Positions 8,623 through 18,400 of a stretch of DNA of 41,875 bases are shown here, piece by piece. The stretch covers positions 1 to 41,875 of the forward strand of contig JBBQAX010000003.1 of the NCBI GenBank assembly GCA_038316905.1. The letters are read 5' to 3'. Below the pieces are notes generated by a model, which saw only the letters and a list, made by a program, of their open reading frames with translations, was not told the DNA's origin and did no database searches. The DNA is from Verrucomicrobiota bacterium (lineage in GTDB: Bacteria; Verrucomicrobiota; Verrucomicrobiia; Limisphaerales; CANJXF01). How positions within the stretch are numbered: the stretch's first letter is position 1; every line of letters begins with the position of its first letter. A program made the translations under genes and the position numbers.

Positions 8623-11600
8623 TCAAGGAATCCAACGCGCGCGGAAAAAGCGTGCCTGATTTGTGACCGCTGTGGTGAATCGCACCGACTCATCTCCGTG
8701 GAAAATGTTCACTCCTGGCGACCAATCAACGAGATTGGTGGAGGATTCGATCGAGTAAATGAATCCAGTCTGCCCAACAAACGTGAAACCAAGCTCTCCA
8801 TTTTGAAGCAATTCTGACGAAAGCAAAACTGGAGTTGAAGGGCCGTTCGGCAGAACAAACGAAAGCTTCACGGCATCTGCGATCACCACGGCATTGTTGG
8901 CGTTGTTGGACAATCGGATAAACCCATTCGTCCCTGATGCGAACTGTCGCTCTGCGGCGATCAATCGCCAACCGCCGCCGCCGCTTTGTTGATCCACCAG
9001 CACAAGATCGGATCCTTCTTCAGACGAGATTTCCCAAGGAGCGTTGCTGGCGCGATTGCTGCCTTGCGGATACCAAATGTGAACATTGTAGCTTCCTGGC
9101 GTAGTAATTGTCGGTCGGTAAGTGGCGGTCTCAGTGGCGCTGCCCAAGGTCGATCCTGCGAAATGATAATCCGCGCCGAATCGGCCGGACGCGGTCGTGC
9201 CAACCGACCAGTCACCCGAATAGACCGCGCTGGGATTGTCTAAGATGATATCGCTGACCGAACCGGAAAACGTCGCAACGATATTTTTGTTCGCGTTCAT
9301 CATCACAACGATGGGATTGCTCGTGCCGCCAGCGTCTCCGCTCCAGCCCGTGAATATGAAATTCGCGTTTGGAATTGCATTCAGCGTGACGGAAGAACCA
9401 GGGGCGAATCCCGTTTGGTTGGGGCTCTTGAGTACCACGCCGCCAAGTGTTCCATGGGTGAGCAACGAATAATTCACGACCAGATTGGCCACCACACTAT
9501 TCGTCGCATCTACGGAATTGCTGATAGTGACAGAATAATCGCCCGCATCATTCGTTTGAACATTCGCCAAACCAAGGGTCGAAGAATTAGCTCCGGGAAC
9601 AAGTTCGCCGCGGAAAAACCATTGGTAGTGCAGCGGCAACGTTCCGTTGACGGCCACGGACAACAACACGGTTTTTCCAGCAATCACGGTTTGACTTTGC
9701 GGTTGGGTGAAAATTTTTGGGCCAACGGGAGTGGAATTAACCGTGAGAATTGCGTTCGAACTTAAAATTGATCCCGCGATGTTCGTGATCAAAACAGAAT
9801 AGTCTCCGCCATCGCCCACTTGAACATTCGTCCGCGTGTAAGTGCTCATGGTTGCCCCGGAAATTTCAACACCTTTAAACCTCCACTGGAAACTCAGCGG
9901 TGCTGTTCCAGTCGTATCAACGAAGAAAGTCACATTCGTCGCCTGATCTGCAAATTGGCTTTGCGGTTGCACGTTGATGAACGGCGGAACGTTGACCGTC
10001 AACGCGGCAATCGCGCTGGTGATTGAGCCGAATGCATTCGAGATAACCAGCGAGTAATTACCCGCGTGGACAGGTTGCGAATTTGTGATCGTGAAAGTCT
10101 CGTTCGTCGCGTTTGAAACGGTCGCGCCATTGAATCGCCACTGATATTGAAACGGTTCACTGCCAGTTGTTGTCATAGAGAAGCTGGACATTTCGCCGGC
10201 GACGACCGTTGCGTCTTCCGGTTGGCTCGCGATGACGGGCGGCGTTCCGAACACAAACTTAACGGCGTCAGCCACAACTCGCGCAGATCCGTTTGCATTA
10301 TTGCCGACGCGGACAAATCCGTTCGTGCCACGCAGGAAATTTTTCCCGGAAAAAGCTAGCTGCCAAATGCCACCGTTAGTTGCCTGATTGATCCGCGTGG
10401 TTGCCGTGCCGCCGACAAACGAAACGCTCCAGGGTGCGTTCGTGCTGCGCGTCGCGTCGTTCGGATGCCAGACGTAAATCGCGTAAGTTCCGGGGGTGAA
10501 AATATTCGGACGAAAAGTGGCTGTTCGGTTTGCAGCACTTCCGATCGCAACCGTCGCCGCCGATGCATAGTTTGAGCTGAACTGGTTTTGTGGAAGCGCG
10601 TGAAACGACCAACTCCCGCTGAACGTTGCGTTTGGGTTGTCAATGATGATGTCCTGAACCGAACCGGTGAACGTAGCTGTGATCGTTTTGTGATTCGTCA
10701 TCAAAAAGCTCAATGGATTATTGGTGGAATTGTGAGCGCCAGACCAACCAATGAAAGCAAATCCAGGATCCGGCACAGCGGTCAATGAAACCATCGTGTT
10801 CGGCTGGAAGCTGGGCTGATTCGGAGTTCGAGCAATGATTCCTCCGAAACCCTCAATTGTTGTCAGCGCGTAATTGGCACTCAGGAATACGGGCGCGCTG
10901 GTGATTGTTCCCGAACCGTTGGTGATAATAACACTGTAATTCCCGGAATGGCCGGGTTGCACATTTCCGAAAGATAAATTCGTGCCGGTTGCTCCCGGGA
11001 TATTTGTTCCTGAAAGCCTCCATTGATAACGCAACGGTGTGGTGCCGCCTGCCCACACGCTCAAGCTCGCGCTTTGTCCAATAATCGCGGCGGTATTCGA
11101 GGGAGCTGTCAAAATGACGGGCGCAAGTGATGGCGTAAAAACGCCGATATGATTTCCGTTCACTCTTTGCACGCCGCCACTCGCTCGATTCAACACGGAG
11201 ACTCCACCAGATTGCGCCTTAACCATTGCGGTCGAGCCGCCACCGTCGAGATTGAGACCTTGATACGCGCCAAAACGGATGAGCCAATCGGCCAGGCTAT
11301 CCATTGGAGCGCCATCGCTGTAACCCGGTTGTCTCCCGTCTATGGTAAGCAAAATAAGGTAGCGACCATTTTGAGAAATTCCCACCGCTGTGCGTGGATG
11401 GCCCACGGTAAAGAATTCCGTATCAGGAAAAGGCTTTTGATTCACGCCGTTGATAACCACCACATCCGAGCCTGCCACCGCTGTCCAGTAGTTGCTCGGG
11501 TTGGTGACGGTCAAGGCAATGGTGGCGACGTTGCTTCGGGTGATGAGCAACATTTCACGGCCCGCTTCCGCAGGTGAAACGAGATTTCCTTGTGAAATGG

Positions 11601-11955
11601 CCAACCCGATCACTTCACGCGGCTCATTCGGCGTGGTAGAAACCGGTGAGAAAAAATTGGCGTTCACACCCGCTTTCACGCCATACGCGAGAACGAATGC
11701 GCTGGTGGTCTGTCCGAAAGTCTCCAACGGCGCATCTCCGTTGGAAGGAGTGGAAAACAATTCCACGTCGGGATCAGATAAATCGATGCGTAGCGCCTGC
11801 ACTTCCTGCAACCGGATTTCGTTGGTGTCTGCTTTGCCACGCGCAAATTCAATTCCTTTGAAAATGGGAACCCATGGATCGACCGTAATCGCCGCATGCG
11901 CGATTTGCAGAAACGAGAACACTCCCATGAAAACTATAGCAAAGTTGAATTTCAT
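8623..11955 (-). CDS. Secreted phosphodiester glycosidase (NAGPA-family) protein with Ig domains, InlB B-repeat-like domains, golvesin/Xly-CBD-like domains and a C-terminal putative sorting domain
   Basis: Signal peptide (MKFNFAIVF...AHA). NAGPA motifs 'VNANFF', 'HPRTAVG', 'DGRQPGYSDG', 'NLDGGGST'. Four Ig repeats (YQW...GxYSxxIxN), two 'FxGWSG' B-repeats and two 'IIxDN...GxY...ADAVK' domains. Confidence 0.85.
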   Translation of the reverse strand: MKFNFAIVFMGVFSFLQIAHAAITVDPWVPIFKGIEFARGKADTNEIRLQEVQALRIDLSDPDVELFSTPSNGDAPLETFGQTTSAFVLAYGVKAGVNANFFSPVSTTPNEPREVIGLAISQGNLVSPAEAGREMLLITRSNVATIALTVTNPSNYWTAVAGSDVVVINGVNQKPFPDTEFFTVGHPRTAVGISQNGRYLILLTIDGRQPGYSDGAPMDSLADWLIRFGAYQGLNLDGGGSTAMVKAQSGGVSVLNRASGGVQRVNGNHIGVFTPSLAPVILTAPSNTAAIIGQSASLSVWAGGTTPLRYQWRLSGTNIPGATGTNLSFGNVQPGHSGNYSVIITNGSGTITSAPVFLSANYALTTIEGFGGIIARTPNQPSFQPNTMVSLTAVPDPGFAFIGWSGAHNSTNNPLSFLMTNHKTITATFTGSVQDIIIDNPNATFSGSWSFHALPQNQFSSNYASAATVAIGSAANRTATFRPNIFTPGTYAIYVWHPNDATRSTNAPWSVSFVGGTATTRINQATNGGIWQLAFSGKNFLRGTNGFVRVGNNANGSARVVADAVKFVFGTPPVIASQPEDATVVAGEMSSFSMTTTGSEPFQYQWRFNGATVSNATNETFTITNSQPVHAGNYSLVISNAFGSITSAIAALTVNVPPFINVQPQSQFADQATNVTFFVDTTGTAPLSFQWRFKGVEISGATMSTYTRTNVQVGDGGDYSVLITNIAGSILSSNAILTVNSTPVGPKIFTQPQSQTVIAGKTVLLSVAVNGTLPLHYQWFFRGELVPGANSSTLGLANVQTNDAGDYSVTISNSVDATNSVVANLVVNYSLLTHGTLGGVVLKSPNQTGFAPGSSVTLNAIPNANFIFTGWSGDAGGTSNPIVVMMNANKNIVATFSGSVSDIILDNPSAVYSGDWSVGTTASGRFGADYHFAGSTLGSATETATYRPTITTPGSYNVHIWYPQGSNRASNAPWEISSEEGSDLVLVDQQSGGGGWRLIAAERQFASGTNGFIRLSNNANNAVVIADAVKLSFVLPNGPSTPVLLSSELLQNGELGFTFVGQTGFIYSIESSTNLVDWSPGVNIFHGDESVRFTTAVTNQARFFRARWIP

Positions 11956-12083
11956 TGGAGTTCTGAATTGGTGCAGTGGGGGATGTTTCAAAGTGACTAT
12001 TTCGAGTCGATCTTCGCACGGTGGCGCTCGAATTTCCAGAAAATCCAGTGGACAAGCTCAACGGCGTCGCTAAATTTTCTCGA

Positions 12084-12356
12084 ATGTTTCCGGCAAAGAA
12101 TAAACTCTCGATCCTGGTGGCGTTATTGTTCGTCAGTGCTTTCGTCTCCGCAGCGTGCGCCCTTCTCCATTACCGGGCCACAGGCGAACTACGCGGGCTT
12201 CAGCGCCAAGCTATGAGCGTCGAAAGTAACCGAACTCTCACTCGCGCCCTGGCTGCTGACGCTGTCGAGTATAGCAAGCGGAATCCGGCGATCGACCCAC
12301 TCCTGCGCTCATTCGGGTTGAAGCAACCCGTGTCATCTCCAAAAGCCGCTAAATAA
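12084..12356 (+). CDS. Small bitopic membrane protein (TM helix plus coiled coil), hypothetical
   Basis: ATG at 12084. Hydrophobic helix LSILVALLFVSAFVSAACALL, then ELRGLQRQA... and 'AVEYSKRNPAIDPLLRSFGL'. 1-bp gap to the next gene. Confidence 0.7.
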   Translation: MFPAKNKLSILVALLFVSAFVSAACALLHYRATGELRGLQRQAMSVESNRTLTRALAADAVEYSKRNPAIDPLLRSFGLKQPVSSPKAAK

Positions 12357-12357
12357 C

Positions 12358-12750
12358 ATGAACGATTCCGAGAAATTTGATGCCGTGCCTGAATTTGAAC
12401 CGACGGGCGCGAAAACTCCTGATGATCGTTTTGAAACACTACAGAAGCTGTTCTTTGCCACGCTGGTCGCGGTTTTAATTATCAGCGTCAGCTTGAACGT
12501 TTTTTTGGTTCGGCAAACGATCTTTGCCCGCACTGATTTGAAAAGTGTGCGTCAGCAAATAAGTGTGCTCAGCGCCAATTATCAAAAGGTCGAAGAGCCG
12601 CAAATCAGAGGTTTCGTCAATGCGCTGATTGGATTCGGCCGGACCAATCCTGATTTTGTTCCGATCCTGACGAAATATAAACTCCCGTTGACTCCGATTG
12701 CGAGCGAGCCTGCTGCCGTTTCGCCGGCTCCCGTAGCTCCAAAGAAATAA
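12358..12750 (+). CDS. Small bitopic membrane protein (TM helix plus coiled coil), hypothetical
   Basis: TM helix LFFATLVAVLIISVSLNVFLV, coiled coil DLKSVRQQISVLSANYQK, 'LIGFGRTNPDFVPILTKYKL', Pro/Ala tail. Confidence 0.75.
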   Translation: MNDSEKFDAVPEFEPTGAKTPDDRFETLQKLFFATLVAVLIISVSLNVFLVRQTIFARTDLKSVRQQISVLSANYQKVEEPQIRGFVNALIGFGRTNPDFVPILTKYKLPLTPIASEPAAVSPAPVAPKK

Positions 12751-13167
12751 TCAGCAGTGTGTTGCGCAGTTTTCTTCGCGGCTGAATTTTGTTCCGCAAG
12801 CAGGGCAATAGAGGGCTGAAGGAGCCGAGCCGTTGCCGCATTTCCCGCAAATCTGATACGCTTTGGCGTGTCGACGGCCGATCATCAGGTTTCGAATGTA
12901 AGGAATCCAGGTGAAGGCGTAGGCGAAAATGAAAACCGAATCCTGCCGATAAACTCCGTACGACAGAAGGAGGAGGGACCCGACCAGGCTAAGCCACCAA
13001 AAACTCACTGGGATTACGACTTTCTTCTGCTTCTCGGTGGCATACCACTGCACAAAAAAGCGGGAGAAGAAAACGCCGTTTCCAATCCAGCCGATTACTT
13101 TCCAGAAATGCCATTCGATGCCGAAGAATTTTCCGCCATGCCAGATCAAATTGCTAAACCAGTCCAT
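12751..13167 (-). CDS. Lipid-A-disaccharide synthase N-terminal (LAB-N) domain protein with C-terminal zinc ribbon
   Basis: 'WKVIGWIGNGVFFSRFFVQWYATEKQKKVVIPVSFWWLSLVGSLLLLSYG...DSVFI...YIRNL' is the LAB-N signature, followed by CGKCG...YCPACG. Confidence 0.85.
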   Translation of the reverse strand: MDWFSNLIWHGGKFFGIEWHFWKVIGWIGNGVFFSRFFVQWYATEKQKKVVIPVSFWWLSLVGSLLLLSYGVYRQDSVFIFAYAFTWIPYIRNLMIGRRHAKAYQICGKCGNGSAPSALYCPACGTKFSREENCATHC

Positions 13168-13243
13168 GAGCGAGAGCTTAGTTCAACAAAATTCCCTCGG
13201 AAAGCGGGAAGTCCCTGAGGCCCCTCCCGCAAACTTCTCGACG

Positions 13244-14329
13244 CTATTCCGCCAATAGCTTCGCTACTTTTTCTTCCAAATTCCCCCGTGCATTCTGATC
13301 GCGCAAAATTCCTTTTTTATCCACGAGCCACACGGCTGGAATTCCCGTAATGCCAAATTCTTTGGCAAATTTGTTTTCCCATTTCAATCCATCGTAGTGC
13401 TGTGGCCATTCCATTTTTTCTTCCGCTATGAAACTCTCCAGCGCTTCCTTGTCGCCATCCAAACTGATGCCAATGACTTCAAAACCTTTGGGATGCAACT
13501 TCGTGTAAGTTTCTTTTAGTTCAGGCAAAGCGCCGATGCAGGGTCCGCACCACGTCGCCCAAAAATCGATCAACACAACCTTGCCCTTCATCTTCTCAAC
13601 ATCAACTTTTCGGCCATCCAACGCGGTGAACTGAAGCTGTAGCGGTTTACCCACGGATTCCATTTTCTTCAACGCGCCTTTAGCCATTTCTCGCACCTGC
13701 TCAGGTGCAGCCGTGTCGCTCGCCAATTCCTTGGCTATTTTCTTCGCCTTCTCACCCTCGCTATTGGAAAGGAGCATCATCCAAACCTGATAAACTTCTT
13801 TCCGTTCGGGAAAGTCTTTCTGCAAAGCGCGCGCGCCTTTTTCGAGTTCCGCGAACATCGCTTCCTGGCCGCCTTCATGTTCGGAGTTGGCCACGCGCCG
13901 CAAAGCAGTCCAACGAGTTGCATACCGATCTTCGTCGCTCAAATTCGGATCCTTCAATTGCGCTTCCTCGAGTTCTTTGATCCGCGCCAGTCGCTTGGTG
14001 TCCCCGAGTTGCACAGCGAAGCCTGACATCTGAAGTTCTTTGGCCTTCGCTTCCGCTGCTTTGGGGTGTTTCGGGAAATCAGTGTGAAACTTCTTAGCTT
14101 TGTCAGCGGCCGCACCGGCGAGCACACGCTGAGTCTGGCGAAATTCTTCAAACTGTTCTTTCGTCGGTTGCTTGCCGCCCCATTCTGGCGGCGGAACCGG
14201 TGGACGGGTGGCTTTCTCAACCTCCTTCCAGGCGAGGTCAGCGGCATTCGTCCCTTGAGCAATAACCTTTGTCTCGAACGACGCAAAAAACAAAGTGCAG
14301 AGCAGTCCCAGCGAATATAATGTTTTCAT
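13244..14329 (-). CDS. TlpA-family thiol-disulfide oxidoreductase with helical N-terminal extension, exported
   Basis: Signal peptide and 'KGKVVLIDFWATWCGPC' (CxxC), 'FEVIGISLD', 'FGITGIPAVWLVDKKG'. Confidence 0.9.
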   Translation of the reverse strand: MKTLYSLGLLCTLFFASFETKVIAQGTNAADLAWKEVEKATRPPVPPPEWGGKQPTKEQFEEFRQTQRVLAGAAADKAKKFHTDFPKHPKAAEAKAKELQMSGFAVQLGDTKRLARIKELEEAQLKDPNLSDEDRYATRWTALRRVANSEHEGGQEAMFAELEKGARALQKDFPERKEVYQVWMMLLSNSEGEKAKKIAKELASDTAAPEQVREMAKGALKKMESVGKPLQLQFTALDGRKVDVEKMKGKVVLIDFWATWCGPCIGALPELKETYTKLHPKGFEVIGISLDGDKEALESFIAEEKMEWPQHYDGLKWENKFAKEFGITGIPAVWLVDKKGILRDQNARGNLEEKVAKLLAE

Positions 14330-14471
14330 AATTTCCTGACCACGAACCTAACGCCACTCCTGCCAAAAACAACACAGCAGAAAATAATTTGATTTGAGTC
14401 CGCCCTCTCGTTTCACTTCCTTTCGACAATTCAGCATTGCACGGCACACGCTCTTTGGGCGCGACAGCTAA

Positions 14472-15266
14472 ATGAACGCAGCAGAACTTTTAATCAGTGA
14501 AAATGGCCGACGCTCGCTGGAAGCGTTACTCAAACCAATTCGTGGCCTCACCGGTTTGAAGTCAGAATCCCTTGGCGCATTTGGAAGTGATGACAAGAAG
14601 TATTCCATCCCACGTTTTTCATTCCGGGGTTTGAACAATGGCGACCCGATTCGCATTGGAATTTTCGGAACAATTCACGGGGATGAACCTGCGGGCGCAC
14701 TCGCCATTGTGCAATTTCTCGCAGACCTCGCAGCGGAGCCGTCGCTCGCCGAGGACTACCAGATAGTGGCGTATCCGCTTTGCAATCCGACTGGTTTCGA
14801 AGACAACACGCGCAACTCCCGCAGTGGCCGCGACCTGAATCGCGAATTTTGGAAAGATTCCACTCAAGCTGAAGTGCAAATCCTGGAGAACGAATTGCGC
14901 ACGCAACATTTTCAAGGATTGATTCAATTGCACGCGGACGACACCAGCGAAGGCATTTACGGATTTGTCCGTGGGGCCACGTTGACGGAAAATCTTCTGC
15001 GGCCCGCATTGCGCGAAGCCGGGAAAATTCTACCACGGAACAACAATGCGTTCATCGATGGTTTTGCCGCGAGGGACGGAATGATTTACGACGTTTACGA
15101 AGGCATTCTGGCTGCGCCGAGGGAAGTGGAACCCGTACCGTTCGAAATCATTTTAGAGACACCCCATCACGCGCCCATCGATTCGCAAGTCGCAGCGCTC
15201 GACGCCGCCATGCGCACCATTTTGAAGGAATATCGAAGCATGATTTCCTTCGCGCAGAATATCTAA
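14472..15266 (+). CDS. M14-family zinc metallocarboxypeptidase / succinylglutamate desuccinylase-aspartoacylase-like protein
   Basis: Zn ligands 'IHGDE' and 'QLHAD', 'NPTGF...R...GRDLNR', and catalytic 'LETP'. Confidence 0.85.
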   Translation: MNAAELLISENGRRSLEALLKPIRGLTGLKSESLGAFGSDDKKYSIPRFSFRGLNNGDPIRIGIFGTIHGDEPAGALAIVQFLADLAAEPSLAEDYQIVAYPLCNPTGFEDNTRNSRSGRDLNREFWKDSTQAEVQILENELRTQHFQGLIQLHADDTSEGIYGFVRGATLTENLLRPALREAGKILPRNNNAFIDGFAARDGMIYDVYEGILAAPREVEPVPFEIILETPHHAPIDSQVAALDAAMRTILKEYRSMISFAQNI

Positions 15267-15406
15267 AGGATCAAACTGAAGAAATGACGCATTCATTGGC
15301 ACATTTTTTCGTCATCAGGATTTAGCGGTCCGTCATTTCCCATCTTCCGTTCCTCATCGCTACCCACTGAAAACGTCGAGGAGCTAAATTAAATTGCAGA
15401 GTAACG

Positions 15407-18400
15407 TCACGGTTGCTCTGACGCCCGATACCAGAATGATTTCGGTGAAGCTGGCTGGACATGTTCAAAGTCCCATTCCCCAGCGATCGGCGCGTTAGTA
15501 GCAATCGGCAACCAATCCACCAGATTCGACGATCCGAAAACTGTGATGGGACCGCTTCCGCTCAATCCGGTTAACGTGGCTCGAAACCATCCCCCCGTGG
15601 ATGTGGCGGAAAAAACCGGTGCAACAAATTGAACGGTCGCCGCGACTGTTTCGAATTCGACCGCACGATAGAACCGTTGCACAAGATTCGTCGCCATCGA
15701 ATCAACATAATTGACTTCACCCGCGACCGGAGTGTTGGTTGAAATCGGAATCCAATCGATCAAATTGGTGGACGCAAACACGACAATCGGCCCCAGCCCG
15801 GAGGCTCCCCGCAGACGGAGATGCAAGCCATCGTCCGCCATGTAAACGGCTCCCGGGGTCGTATCGAAATGGAGCGTCGGTGCCGCGACACTCACAGCCG
15901 AGACAGGCGAAACCACGCTGCCAAGGTGGTTGCTGACGATGACGGAATAATTTCCGCCAGCGCTCACGAGCAAAGTTGCATTTGTCGCTCCAGAAATATT
16001 TATTCCACCCTGCCGCCATTGGTAAAGCAGAGGCCCGGTGCCGGTCGCGAAAACGTTCAACAAAGTCTCTTTGCCGAACGCAATTCTCCGCCTTTTAGGC
16101 AGAAGATTAATCACGGGACGGCCATCTCCCACGATGGCAAGCGAGTGGGAGTTTCCAGCGGCGATGCCCACGACGTTGACCAACGTTGGCCAGACATTGG
16201 TTTGACCCAAATTGTTTTGGCCCCACGCGAAAACCGTGCCATCACTTCGCAGTGCCAGCGTGTGATGATTTTGAGTCGCAAGAGCAACGACATTGCTCAA
16301 TCCGGGCGGGACGTTCGTTTGACCGAACTCATTATTTCCCCACGCGACCACCGTGCCATTCCCTCGCAAGGCAACGGCATGGCGGAGTCCCGCCGCAACA
16401 GCCACAAAATCATTGCCGACAGGAAGATCAAGTTGTCCAAAGGAGTTACTGCCCCATGCCAGAAGTTCCCCGGTGTCTCGAACACCGAGGCTGTAGCCGA
16501 CAGCGGCAGAGATCGCCACAAGGTTGGTTGCGTCTGACGGTACGGAAAGCGCCGCCGAATTGTCGCCCCAACTCACCACTGTGCCATCCGACCGCAATGC
16601 GAGATCGTGCCGACCACTTGTGGCGATCGCGACCACATTGGTGACCGATGCGGGGATGTTGACCAGGCCGAAGCTCGTTGACTCTCCGAAAACGATTACG
16701 GTCCCATCGGAGCGCAGACCGAGATCGTGATGATTGGCTGCCGCCACCGAGATCAATTGATTCTCGCCGATCAATGGGGGGAAGGAGGCAAAAGGAAGGG
16801 GGGAATAGGAACCCCAATAAGTGACTGTTCCATCCCGGCGTAAAGCCACGCTGTGGTTCGCGCCTCCCGCCAAACCGACCACGTCACCCACATCTTCTCG
16901 CACACGCAAATCGGAACGGCTGTTTCCCCACGTGGCAACCGGCACAATCACTAAACGTGCCTCCGCACTGAAAGCTGTCCCTAATTCATTCGCGGCTACC
17001 ACACGATATTTACCGGCATCTCCGGGCTGCACATCGGAAAACACCAGGCTCGAATTCGTCGCATCAGGCAGGTTTTGTTGGTTATGCTGCCACACGATAT
17101 TCAGGGGTGCGGTGCCGAGGATCGTGCTGTTAAAACTCGGCGTTGTCCCAGGTGCCGCCGTGAGGTACGTGTTCGTGAACTGGATGATCGGAACGGAAGC
17201 GTTCACCGTCAGCACCGCCACCTGACTGGTTACGGCTCCAGCCAAATTCGTAATGACGATTTGATAATTACCAGCCTCCACCGGCTGAATATTGGAGAGG
17301 GTCAACGAACCATTGGTCGCAGAGGGAATGTTGATGTCGTTAAATCGCCATTGGTAAAAGAAGGGTTCCGTACCCGAAACGGTGGAATTGAATGCGGTGG
17401 TAGCTCCTACAGTCGTAGTGCGGGAAGTTGGGTGGGTTGTGATTATCGGTGCGACTGAATTCGTCAATACAACCTGATCCAGCCACGCAGTGGAAGTTCC
17501 GGCAAACGGTCTGCAGGCAAGCGTCCAGCGCAGCGTGTGGGTTCCTGCCGGAATATAATACGACCGCTGTTGCCACTCAAAATCGTTGGAAATGCCAATC
17601 CGTTCTACTCCATCTACTGAAAAACTGAAACGGTCGGTGAGCCAACCCACCGAGCGCCACCAAAAACTCACCGCAGTAGGTCCGATTACCGTTGTTTCCA
17701 CCCAATTGGTTTGGTTTTCAAGGTAAGGTCCAGTTTCAGCCGCATCCACACCATCATGCGTAACGCTTGGTTGCCAATGCCATCCGCCCGGCCCGCCCGT
17801 GGTCCAAATTAAATCCTCGGCATCAAGTGCAACGGCCAAAGGTTCCGCCGCAAAGACGACCAGCGTTGCGTTAGAACTGCTCACGCTGCCTTGCGCATTC
17901 GTCACCACTACACGGTAGTTGGCCGCATCGGCCAGCGCTACATTGAGCAGCGTTAAGTTTGGAGTCGTCGCACCAGCCACCTTTGCATTGTCGTCGAGAT
18001 TGATGTCGTTGCGCTGCCATCGATAGGTCAACGAGGGCGATCCCGCCGCCGCGACGGTGAAGATAACGTTGCTTCCAGTTGCCGCAAATTGAGGGACGGG
18101 GTGCGTCACAATCCGCGGGGGAACCGCCGTCAACGTCAACGAAATGTGTCCGGTGAACGCACCGAAGGCGTTGGTTAAAATGAACTGAAATTCGCCTTGA
18201 TCGTTGGTCGTGGTGGCAGGGGTGAAAAAATGCGACTGCATCGGCGCAGATTGGCCATCGGGCAAGAGCCATTGCCAATTGCGCAAAGGCGGCATTCCAC
18301 CCACAACGGGATTGAACACTACAGGATCGCCAATTCCGGCAATGCGATTGGTCCTAAAGCCGCCCAATCGCAGGGTCGGCTCTCCGGTTAACGCGAGGTT

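Noticed and set aside
13244-14329. TlpA thioredoxin as the ResA/CcsX partner of resB-ccsA
   Set aside because: It lies ~12 kb away in a separate unit and TlpA paralogues are common; nothing in the sequence links them.
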